A stretch of DNA of 49,202 nucleotides from a bacterium (GTDB lineage Bacteria; Zhuqueibacterota; Zhuqueibacteria; Oceanimicrobiales; Oceanimicrobiaceae). The first letter of the stretch is position 1. Each line of letters begins with the position of its first letter. Below are positions 21,601 to 28,484 of the stretch, piece by piece. The position numbers were made by a program, and so were the translations under genes. The notes under the pieces were generated by a model. It did not search any database. It worked only from the letters and a program-made list of their open reading frames with translations, and was not told the DNA's origin. Location: contig JBHHXT010000017.1 in the NCBI GenBank assembly GCA_046757165.1, forward strand, positions 1-49,202, written 5' to 3'.

Positions 21601-22627
21601 GCCTCCAAGCTACACCATATCTGAACCCTCGATTAAGAGCGTGGCCCCTGACAATCAGGTGAGCTGGAGCGTCACAGCTCCGGACAATCCGACCAACCAG
21701 GTGGAAGACATCGTCATTTCGGTAGACCAGCAGAACTCAATTGACGAAAATACGGGCGACAACCCCCCTTTCGGGCCGTCGTCGGTCAAGATACCTGTTC
21801 AAACTCAGGCCGTCGGGCTCAATTTGACTCAACTCAATGACAGAAAACCGACCACGATTCCTCGCGGCGCTACGGACCAGCCTATTTTCGGCCTTCGGTT
21901 TGCGAACTCCAGCGATGATGATATCAATTTAGAGCGCATCAACCTGACGGTAGAAGATAACGACGGCAACGAAATCGCTCCGAATGCAGTTTTGTCGGGC
22001 CTGCGCGTGGTCGATTATGACAATTCCTCTGAGGTTTTTGCCACATTGGCCTCGATGCCAGCAAGTAATGCCATGCAGATTGACTTCAATCCCAATGTCA
22101 CGATTGCTGCCGGGCAAAACCGGTCGATTGAATTCCGCGTTGACCTCCTGGCTCAGTCAGATACGCCCAATTTCAGTCTGACGATCAGAGACCCCAACCG
22201 AAATGTCCTGGCAAGAAACACCGCCTCTGACAGCCTGGTGGCGATTCTTGATGAAGCGGGCTTTGAAATTCAAGGAGCGTTGAGTGCAGGCTCATCTGCA
22301 ATCATCGGGTCCGGATTTGCGGCGAGCTTTTTCAATTTCCCGAATCCATTTGGTCAAGGCGAGCAGACCATGTTCAATTACAGTCTGCCGCAAGACTCTC
22401 AGGTCACGCTAAGGATTTATACTTTGCTGGGTGAATTGGTGTGGACGACATCGTTCAGTGCCTCCGACGCTGAGGGCAAAGCTGGAAATCATGATGGTGT
22501 GAGCCTCAAAGCCATCACCTGGGACGGCAAGAACGGCAAGAGCCAGGAGGTTCTCAACGGCGTCTATATCGCTGTTCTGTCAACCGATTCCGATAAAGCG
22601 GTAACAAAAGTCGCAATTGCGAAATAA
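15614..22627 (+). CDS. Giant secreted multi-Ig-like repeat protein with C-terminal FlgD-Ig/T9SS type A-like sorting domain
   Basis: Signal peptide (..LSAASFA|S), T/S/V/G-rich beta repeats, C-terminal FPNPF...LRIYTLLGELV...WDGKN....NGVY.......KVAIAK. Confidence 0.85.
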   Translation: MDVLMMNRRVYFLAGLFVLFLSAASFASTVTPANSTAGATTTYTVDFTLTALDNLPADGSITITFGSLEYDLTGTLTATSPDISGGFLAATPGGGQSVTFVRDSTGAALLGGNTYTIVFGNVTNPTTAQSYTLTVTTSGGSTDPSSSYSITADQLDHFTVSDPTPFTPTAGVNFSVTVAAFDQFNNATAFNGTVNLSDNTTTLTPTSVAMAGVSVDVTNARITKAQSGVQITASESGGASGISSAFTVDPAPLDHFTVSDPTPATPTAGEDFTFTVAAFDEFNNARTFSGTVSLTDNTTTLTPTSVAMAGTSVSITNGQITQAQSGIQITASEAGGATGTSNSFTVVAADIATFDLSDPGTQEAGVTFNVTVSNARDSFGNLASGTIAIDFNDSDSHQVPNGESPVLADIAVANGSGTEAQLLYLRESGVVLLGTVAATSATDSTQPFSVNAGLIQNFSFRDPGAQTAGVGFILTVENARDGFNNPADGTVEVSFFDAGTHIAPDGTAPTLRNILVGNGSGSNTQDLFRAETGLLLSGSVTATGASDDTQAFDVTAATLAGFTLDTPGTQTAGTEFTLSVSNAVDAYENPASGTVQVSFKDQQPHLAPNQIPPTLRDIAVSAGAGSAMQTLVLEENNVQLRGDAGNSVIDDTGNFNVTAGNLAAIQIQVGTAAGDTTAVGNQNLTTGSTLAMHASGFDIYENHRGSESVTWVLVGTNIGSLNPASGPSTTLTATTPGTAIIQATETNSGLIDFTGAIEVSLGNVVKIRIRTAPNNGGKEFGDSTLTADETMTFYAAGYDNEDNYINDFSVDWRSLGGLENISGNSGRSFTFSPTLIGSGQIVADHTTATDDTTGTITVTPGLPAGTVNLTPSATTLAPTDTSRIISSPITDSEGNLVGPGREFDVQLVNGPFGTIITTDANPGKAGHQINTDDNSQLAFVFQAGNEGGTQNIVVSSVGGATGNTSITIGSLRILRVENAPEFVSRGQSGVTNLQMTVENLSPSSATNLAPQLTFSGAGLSFQRKDSFTDIPPAPGTRTFTFDVDVLPNADLGLVTIDGLINAEINNTPVSAQGAVTPDSVTVQDTARVSVVSVTTTPDTVVQGRPPVDVTVRVSNPAPAGVSAAAVLDNIQLKFTLIKDGSDKTNEFVVVEKGGIPSTIAAGATADVGFTVSVRASADSGQYILDANAFGHDINSSALTIRDTDGASTTDTWYVKGAASLEILSLTPIPQPAVRAEQPTEWRVRMQIENSSPDDIDIDFNSVNTYVRFRIGANDVTGEYTIINPDSLKNAGTNRLASGATDTLDFRIVQTGFTTGTATILGSVEGIVVGSGSRISDDTSDDIGLGSVQINPADASVFVLTTSPHTSVPNASPEVGVVNTNQGFKITVVVINDLPEPVDTVVVKLSSSVNSGGSTILTPQDTIASIPANSSGSIDFDIIAAGTANPTQGETFTAEVLNATGQHSRQPAPIGSPTDNNVLFRIQDPADLVVSLSMDTVQTANDTFEVSATVTNLGQADIDNAGRLVLTVPASYLLVPGSVNPAAFSLDNPVTWEVIAPASETVSDTFIVNISQVPNDVNIAGFAQVTRGVDSVQIRTSDIGLAIDEFRIVSPAGALDDTLSSEQEFAVQANITRTASIDSVRATLQPPPGISLAPGFTKLTKSLGPGVTSASWNLKVAANQTGQSTLTVQMVAFDRGEIAAQTSANIVIETVLKGRLQFVSFRSNLQGNRASVNQQFQLTAEIRNFGGAGVTPGRIRLNQGNSGIINLDADERTFDPDENVEVVWNVRAPATPTARATITARIEEIPKDENSGQEAAPATLELPLEVETGEFGAATINKISVLSPPGAQDGVISTNQQLTVEAEVGWNDLVQLQAQISWGDAGYTVLNGTRTKNITQGPVTTVQWELRASPNAVTQHHIKVEVFGNDASSGQPVNAVPDSIQSTVVERADLTLVASISSPPSAIDRILTVGQQFTITAELQNTGAAGLIGEDNLRIELPPSYTISEPSIKSVAPDNQVSWSVTAPDNPTNQVEDIVISVDQQNSIDENTGDNPPFGPSSVKIPVQTQAVGLNLTQLNDRKPTTIPRGATDQPIFGLRFANSSDDDINLERINLTVEDNDGNEIAPNAVLSGLRVVDYDNSSEVFATLASMPASNAMQIDFNPNVTIAAGQNRSIEFRVDLLAQSDTPNFSLTIRDPNRNVLARNTASDSLVAILDEAGFEIQGALSAGSSAIIGSGFAASFFNFPNPFGQGEQTMFNYSLPQDSQVTLRIYTLLGELVWTTSFSASDAEGKAGNHDGVSLKAITWDGKNGKSQEVLNGVYIAVLSTDSDKAVTKVAIAK
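16076..16663 (+). repeat. Two tandem 98-aa (294-nt) intragenic repeats
   Basis: LDHFTVSDPTP...TVAAFD.FNNA...DNTTTLTPTSVAMAG...AQSG.QITASE.GGA.G repeated at 16076 and 16370. Confidence 0.9.
16664..17590 (+). repeat. Three tandem ~104-aa intragenic repeats (second type)
   Basis: PG.Q.AG..F...V.NA.D...N.A.GT..V.F.D...H..P....P.L..I.V..G.G repeated three times. Confidence 0.8.
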
Positions 22628-22635
22628 ACTGCGAT

Positions 22636-24591
22636 ATGACTGTGTTTCGACTCACAAAAGTGTTGACTCTATCGTTTCTGATTTTTATAATATTAGCGTT
22701 GGTCAAGGGCGTGACTGCTCAGCCGGCTGATGGCGGCCGCTCGAGTCTCTTTTCCTCCGCAGGTGTCGGTGCGCGGGCTCTTTCAATGGGGGGCGCTTTT
22801 GTGGCACTTTCTGATGATCCCACTGCTGTCTACTGGAATCCGGCCGGACTCGACTTTATCCAGAAAAAGGGCGCCACGTTCTTTTACTCGAGCTTGAATT
22901 TTGGCACGAGCTACAATTTCATCGCTGGCGTCTGGCCGACGCTCGAGTTTGGAACCGTGGGCATTGGCTGGGCCAGGATTGTAACAGACGGTGTGCAAGC
23001 GCGTGATTCACAAGCGAACCCCATCGGCGCGCCAGGTGATTTTAGCACGGATCAAATCATTTTCTCCTATGCCAAGCAACTCAGGAAGCGCACAGATTCG
23101 CTGAGTGTTGGCGTTAGTTTCAAGATTGAGAAGCTCAACTTCTCGTTTAGCAATCTGTCGGACACAGGGGTGGGCTTCGATTTTGCTCTGCTTTACAAAC
23201 CCGGATTTAGCAGCGGTTTCTTGAGGAATATCTCTTTGGGTGTAAACATTCAAAATGCGCTGACTTCAAAGGTGCGCCTTAGAACCGCGTCCGAATCCTC
23301 CCCGGTCAACTTCAAGGTCGGACTGGCAAAGACGTTTACGATTGGTGAAAACCGTAGCCGCTTTCGGCTGCTGTTTGATCTGAACCAAACAGAGAACGGT
23401 GTCGGGACCTACCATATCGGGACGGAGTACGCATTTCAGGACCGCGCCAACTTGCGCATGGGCTTCAACAGTGGCCAGATAGCTCTCGGCGCCGGCGCCT
23501 CCTATCACAATATCAGAATAGATTACAACTTTGGCAAATTCTTTGATGGGGCGGACTTTGCTTCAAATCATCGCTTTTCGGTGACCATTGCTTTCGGAAA
23601 GGGCAAGACGAGACGCAGGCGGGAGTTGGAAGCTGCGCGCCGGCAAGAAATCCACCTGGCGATCGCGCAAGAACTCTGGATGAAGAAAAAGATTGAATTC
23701 AATACCCACATAGCGAGCGGCAAACGACAATTCAGAAATGTCGACTATCAGGAAGCGTATGTGCAGTTCAAGAGTGCCCGAAGTGTAGCGGACACGTTGG
23801 AGGTGATGTCCAGTGGCTACGACAGAGATCATACCGGAGAGGACCGCGTGCAAATCGCCACGGCTGCGCAAGATACGGCCAGGACGTGGATAGAACGAAC
23901 AGACCGCAAGTGGAAAGAGCAGCGCGATGAGGAGAAGAAGAGACTCTATCGCGAAGAACGCCAGCGAGTTGAAGAGGCCGCAATCAGGAAACTCAATGAC
24001 CTCATCGTCGAGCACAGGGAGAAGGGTGATGGATTCTTCAAGAATGGAGACTATGCCGAAGCAATCAATGAGTGGCAACTTGTTGTCAACGCCATAACAG
24101 AGAGCACGGTCCAGAACCTTCCAGAGAATTTTGCCAACATCAAGAGGCAGGTTAACAAGGACCTGGCGACGGCAAGAAAATACCTCGCAGCCGAGCGACA
24201 AGAACGAGAAAGAAGAGTTCAGCGGCTGAGTTTCGATGACCATTTCAATCGCGGCTTGCGGGATTATGCGAGCAAGGATTGGGAGCGTGCCGCTGCTGCC
24301 TTTAAAAAAGCGTTGGACATCAATCGAAATCATGCCGATGCAAGGAAATGGTATGACAAAGCTTATGCGCGCTCCCGAGCGACGGTGAAGCAGATGCCGC
24401 AGCAACTGCGGGCAAAATACGCCCGCTCAGTGGCATTGTACAGGCAAGGCAAATATGCAGAATCTTTGGACCTGCTAATGGAAATCCGGGATGATAAACG
24501 TTACAAAGAGCAGCGTTATAACAAGCGAATCCTGGATCGCATTGATCTGGTCGAAGAAAAAATAGCTCAGAAGAAAAGGCGAAACCAATAA
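22636..24591 (+). CDS. PorV/PorQ-family outer-membrane beta-barrel with C-terminal coiled-coil/TPR extension
   Basis: Signal peptide, GARALSMGGAFVALSDDPTAVYWNPAGL signature, barrel ends HRFSVTIAF, then about 330 aa charged helical TPR-like region. Confidence 0.8.
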   Translation: MTVFRLTKVLTLSFLIFIILALVKGVTAQPADGGRSSLFSSAGVGARALSMGGAFVALSDDPTAVYWNPAGLDFIQKKGATFFYSSLNFGTSYNFIAGVWPTLEFGTVGIGWARIVTDGVQARDSQANPIGAPGDFSTDQIIFSYAKQLRKRTDSLSVGVSFKIEKLNFSFSNLSDTGVGFDFALLYKPGFSSGFLRNISLGVNIQNALTSKVRLRTASESSPVNFKVGLAKTFTIGENRSRFRLLFDLNQTENGVGTYHIGTEYAFQDRANLRMGFNSGQIALGAGASYHNIRIDYNFGKFFDGADFASNHRFSVTIAFGKGKTRRRRELEAARRQEIHLAIAQELWMKKKIEFNTHIASGKRQFRNVDYQEAYVQFKSARSVADTLEVMSSGYDRDHTGEDRVQIATAAQDTARTWIERTDRKWKEQRDEEKKRLYREERQRVEEAAIRKLNDLIVEHREKGDGFFKNGDYAEAINEWQLVVNAITESTVQNLPENFANIKRQVNKDLATARKYLAAERQERERRVQRLSFDDHFNRGLRDYASKDWERAAAAFKKALDINRNHADARKWYDKAYARSRATVKQMPQQLRAKYARSVALYRQGKYAESLDLLMEIRDDKRYKEQRYNKRILDRIDLVEEKIAQKKRRNQ

Positions 24592-24604
24592 TCCAGGCGC
24601 TAAA

Positions 24605-27600
24605 TTGTTCACAAACGTCGAAAAACAACAACTAAAAGTTCCTGCGCATATAGACTATCTGGGCGACCTTCGCGACTTCGTCACGCAGATAGGCAAGAAA
24701 CACAGGTTCTCAGACAAAGTCGTCAACGCCTTTAAGCTCGCGGTTGATGAGGCGGCAACCAACATCATTCGCCATGCCTACCGGGATACGGACGGCTTGA
24801 TAACCATTCGAGCCATTGTCAAGAAGAATAGTCTGACTTTGTCGATCATCGACCAGGGTAAGTATTTCGATCCGAATCGGGTAGAGAATCCAGACCTCAA
24901 CCGCTACATCGATATCGGCAAGAAAGGAGGCCTGGGGATCTTTATCATGCGCAAGCTCATGGACGAGATCGAGTACAGCAGAACCGAGGAAGGCAACGAG
25001 CTGCGCATTACAAAATATCGCGATCAAGCCGAAAAGAAAGGAATCTTCAAGTCCGCCGTTTCTTCCATTCCTTTTTCGATCAAAGTCAAGTACTTTTTCC
25101 GCGCCATTGCCATCATTGCAACGCTCATAACCGTTGGCTATCTTTATTTTTTTTTCAAGGTAGATGAGAAGGTATTGTCGAAGTTTTTGTATGACTGCGA
25201 GGAAATCAACGCGAGCATTGTCACCCGAGTCATCTCCACGGTCAGCTTGAATCCTGATGAGCCCCTGGATGATGAGTTTTTCACCACCCTGGAAGAACAG
25301 TACGCGGAGATTCGTAAGATAGCCATTGAAGACTCGACCTCATATATCATCTATAGTACCGATACAAACGAATATGTTCGGGGTTTGTTCAGACCGGCCA
25401 AGATCGAAGTGGTCCGGAATCGTTTTCTTGGCGCCGGCGCCAAACTGTACAGATATAAGCTGAACAACGAGACGGTTTACGAATTCGAGAGCCCAATAGT
25501 GATCCGGCCTGGTAGACAGATCTTTGGCACGGCTCATATCGTTTTCACAGCGGTTTCTGCAGAAAGCCAAATTGCTGTGAGTCGACGCAGCAATCTAAAT
25601 CTTGCGTTGCTCATCCTCGGCCTGAGCTGCGTGGGTGTCGCCCTCATCATCTACCTGGTCATGAATCCTTTCCGTAAGCTCTCGGATTGGGTCAGGAACC
25701 TTGACCACGGACAAATCGAAGATGAGATGGATATTGACGCCTCCACCGAGATTGGGGAAATTGCCAAGGCGTTCAGCGATATCACCCACAAATTTCGGGA
25801 TTCACAAAAGAGGGTCGCTCAACAGGATCGGTTGGAGCGCGAGATGCGCGTGGCCAAGGATATTCAGCAAACCCTGTTGCCGATGTCGGTGCCAGAACTG
25901 GAAGGCTACCAGATTTCCGCGCATTATGAGGCGGCGACAGAAGTGGGCGGTGACTACTATGACTTTGTTGAAGTCGACCAGGACACGTGGGGAATCGCTG
26001 TCGCCGATGTTTCCGGCAAGGGTGTCCCGGGTTCGATGGTCATGACCATGATTCGGACCGTGCTGCGCACCGAGGCTCGTGGCGTGAAGGACGCGGCGGA
26101 TGTGCTCACGCGCGTCAATGATTTTGTCAGTAATGATATTAAAAAGGGCATGTTTGTCACGGTCTTCTACCTGATTATTGATTCGAAGAAGCGGAGCCTC
26201 AATTTTGCCAGTGCCGGCCACAACCCGATGATTCTGCGACGTGGCAGTACCAACCAAACCTACTACCTCAACCCGAAGGGATTTCCGATCGGTGTGAAGC
26301 TTCCGGACAAGGACTATTTCAAGAATTATATTGAATCAGAGACCATTCGGCTTGCCAAGGACGATATCTTACTGCTCTATACAGATGGAATTACAGAGGC
26401 GATGAACTCGAGGCGTGCGCTGTTTGGGGAAGAGCGTCTGCAGAAGGTCATGAGTGACTCCGGCCACTTGTCTGCAGAGGATTTCGTTGAGAGTCTGAAG
26501 GAAACTATTTACTCGTTCACCGAGGGTCAGCCCCAGTCCGACGATATCACTTTGGTGGCGATCAAGGAAAAGTCGACGCGTGAGGAAGACGAGCTCCGAA
26601 GGGCAAAGGAGGTCCATAGTCTCGTCTGCAATGGCCGGAGCGTTCGGGACGCGTGCCAGGAGGTGAATCTTGCAGTGTCGACTTACTATAACAAATACAA
26701 GAAAGTCTTTGAAGCGCAAGGAACAGATGGTTTCGAAATTGACGAAGTGGCTTCTGTCGAGTCGAAGCACCTGAGTATTGAGCAGAAGACCAGGATTTTT
26801 GACGTCATTGCCCATCATCCGGAGTACGGCGCCGGCAGAATCAAGGAAGAGCTCAATACCAAAAGGTATGACTTTACGGTCATCAGCGAAAGGAAGGTCT
26901 ATGAGGAGCTTGTTCGCAATCGATTGAATACACGGGCTTTACGTGAAGCTTATATCAATCGTGCCAGGAAGGGCAAGCGACGACCCAAGCCACCAGGCAC
27001 ACCGTATCTGACACTCCACGGTGAGATCGTGGTGCAGCATTCGAATATTGAGGATTACACCGCCGAAGAAGAGACGAAGGCACCGGAGTCGGGAGCGGGT
27101 GCTGAGGCGGGTCCGGCCGGGCGAACCGATGATGAACGCAGCGAGTCCATTGAAGTCGACAGTGTGATAATCACAGAGTTTGAGTCCGAGTCCCTGATAC
27201 ACAACCCTCTGGACGAAACCCTGTCCAATCCGCTGGCAACGGATCAAGATAAGAAAGATTCATCCGAAGATAATAGAGATGGGATCTCTGGTGGCCCCTC
27301 CGGAGCCGAGCCTGAAGTCGTGGTACCTAAAGCCGGAATCGAGGTCGGTGAGCATGACCCCGAGGCCACTTCCGACGATGTACCCTTTGAGGCGTTAGAG
27401 GCCATCGAGGGAACTTCCCTATTAGAGGACTTTACATTTGAAGAGCTGTTTGACAGCGGCTCGCAGATGGCTGATGAGGATGATTTCGACGAGGGCTCGG
27501 ACGAGGGTCAAGGCTCGAGCGTTGAATCGCAAGCGACCACCGCCTTCGATGCAGACGTCGAAGCACAAGCCGAGACACATGTAGAAGATGAGTCGCAGTC

Positions 27601-28375
27601 TCCTCCTGAGGTTCAGGAACAGGCGGGTCAATCGCAGCCGCAGGCGAGCGCTTCAGAATGCTCAGAAGTTAGCGCAGCAGATTCAGACGTTGCCGCGTTC
27701 TCCGTTGAGGAGCTGGTAGATCGAGATCGGGAGTCAGATTCCGAAAAGCAAGGAGACTTTGTACAAGCGACGGCCGAAGAGGGGCCCGACCTGCGCCGTC
27801 CACACGTGGCAGATGAGGATGAGGACACCGTATCTTTCTCGGACTTGATTCAAGCGATCGACGATGAAATCGTTTATGTAAGCAAACCTGCTCGTCAGCA
27901 AGATAAAGTCGCAGTGGAGTCCCGTGAGTTAAGCCCGTCAGCCGGGAAGCCGAAGCCGTTAGATGGGGATGAAGAGCCCTATTTCCATAAAAGCGAGCCA
28001 GGCGCAAATGGGGACCAGGACAAAGAGACGATATTGATTAACGGAATTAAGTATTACAAGAACAACGATTACGCCAAAGCGATCGAAGAGTTTAAGAAGG
28101 TGATCGATGTTTATCCCGACTATAAGGAGGCTCACAGCATCTTAGGAAACGCCTATTTTAGAAATAGAATGTACAATGAAGCGGCCCTTGAATATCAAAG
28201 GGTGAAGGAAATCGATCCCAACGACATCACGGCTTATGAGAATATGGGCGTGATTTATGCGAATCTCGGCGACTATAAACAAGCTCTGGGAGAGTGGAAA
28301 AAGGTGATGGAACTCAATCCGGATCGGATGGACATCAAGGATAAGATTAAGAAAGCCCTGAGAATGATAAATTGA
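24605..28375 (+). CDS. Membrane fusion: RsbW-type anti-sigma kinase, 2 TM sensor, HAMP, SpoIIE/PP2C phosphatase, HTH, acidic linker, TPR
   Basis: EAATNIIRHAY, DQG, GGLGIFIM (HATPase); two TMs; EIGEIAKAF (HAMP); EVGGDYYD, ADVSGKG, YTDGITE, DDIT (PP2C); C-terminal TPRs. Confidence 0.85.
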   Translation: MFTNVEKQQLKVPAHIDYLGDLRDFVTQIGKKHRFSDKVVNAFKLAVDEAATNIIRHAYRDTDGLITIRAIVKKNSLTLSIIDQGKYFDPNRVENPDLNRYIDIGKKGGLGIFIMRKLMDEIEYSRTEEGNELRITKYRDQAEKKGIFKSAVSSIPFSIKVKYFFRAIAIIATLITVGYLYFFFKVDEKVLSKFLYDCEEINASIVTRVISTVSLNPDEPLDDEFFTTLEEQYAEIRKIAIEDSTSYIIYSTDTNEYVRGLFRPAKIEVVRNRFLGAGAKLYRYKLNNETVYEFESPIVIRPGRQIFGTAHIVFTAVSAESQIAVSRRSNLNLALLILGLSCVGVALIIYLVMNPFRKLSDWVRNLDHGQIEDEMDIDASTEIGEIAKAFSDITHKFRDSQKRVAQQDRLEREMRVAKDIQQTLLPMSVPELEGYQISAHYEAATEVGGDYYDFVEVDQDTWGIAVADVSGKGVPGSMVMTMIRTVLRTEARGVKDAADVLTRVNDFVSNDIKKGMFVTVFYLIIDSKKRSLNFASAGHNPMILRRGSTNQTYYLNPKGFPIGVKLPDKDYFKNYIESETIRLAKDDILLLYTDGITEAMNSRRALFGEERLQKVMSDSGHLSAEDFVESLKETIYSFTEGQPQSDDITLVAIKEKSTREEDELRRAKEVHSLVCNGRSVRDACQEVNLAVSTYYNKYKKVFEAQGTDGFEIDEVASVESKHLSIEQKTRIFDVIAHHPEYGAGRIKEELNTKRYDFTVISERKVYEELVRNRLNTRALREAYINRARKGKRRPKPPGTPYLTLHGEIVVQHSNIEDYTAEEETKAPESGAGAEAGPAGRTDDERSESIEVDSVIITEFESESLIHNPLDETLSNPLATDQDKKDSSEDNRDGISGGPSGAEPEVVVPKAGIEVGEHDPEATSDDVPFEALEAIEGTSLLEDFTFEELFDSGSQMADEDDFDEGSDEGQGSSVESQATTAFDADVEAQAETHVEDESQSPPEVQEQAGQSQPQASASECSEVSAADSDVAAFSVEELVDRDRESDSEKQGDFVQATAEEGPDLRRPHVADEDEDTVSFSDLIQAIDDEIVYVSKPARQQDKVAVESRELSPSAGKPKPLDGDEEPYFHKSEPGANGDQDKETILINGIKYYKNNDYAKAIEEFKKVIDVYPDYKEAHSILGNAYFRNRMYNEAALEYQRVKEIDPNDITAYENMGVIYANLGDYKQALGEWKKVMELNPDRMDIKDKIKKALRMIN

Positions 28376-28409
28376 GAGTCTTCCGAATAGACAAAAGATT
28401 TACTTTCTA

Positions 28410-28438
28410 TTGACTTTTTTGCGATTTTCTATTATATT
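28410..28438 (+). promoter_or_regulatory. sigma70-type promoter upstream of the STAS gene
   Basis: TTGACT-17 nt-TATATT; AGGAG RBS before ATG 28485. Confidence 0.65.
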
Positions 28439-28484
28439 ACAATCTATTATATCTAATTTCTCATCAATAGGTTAGGAGTAATCC

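Noticed and set aside
26590..26960. Active IS481 insertion inside the phosphatase gene
   Set aside because: No DDE domain, terminal inverted repeats or frame disruption; reported instead as a domesticated domain
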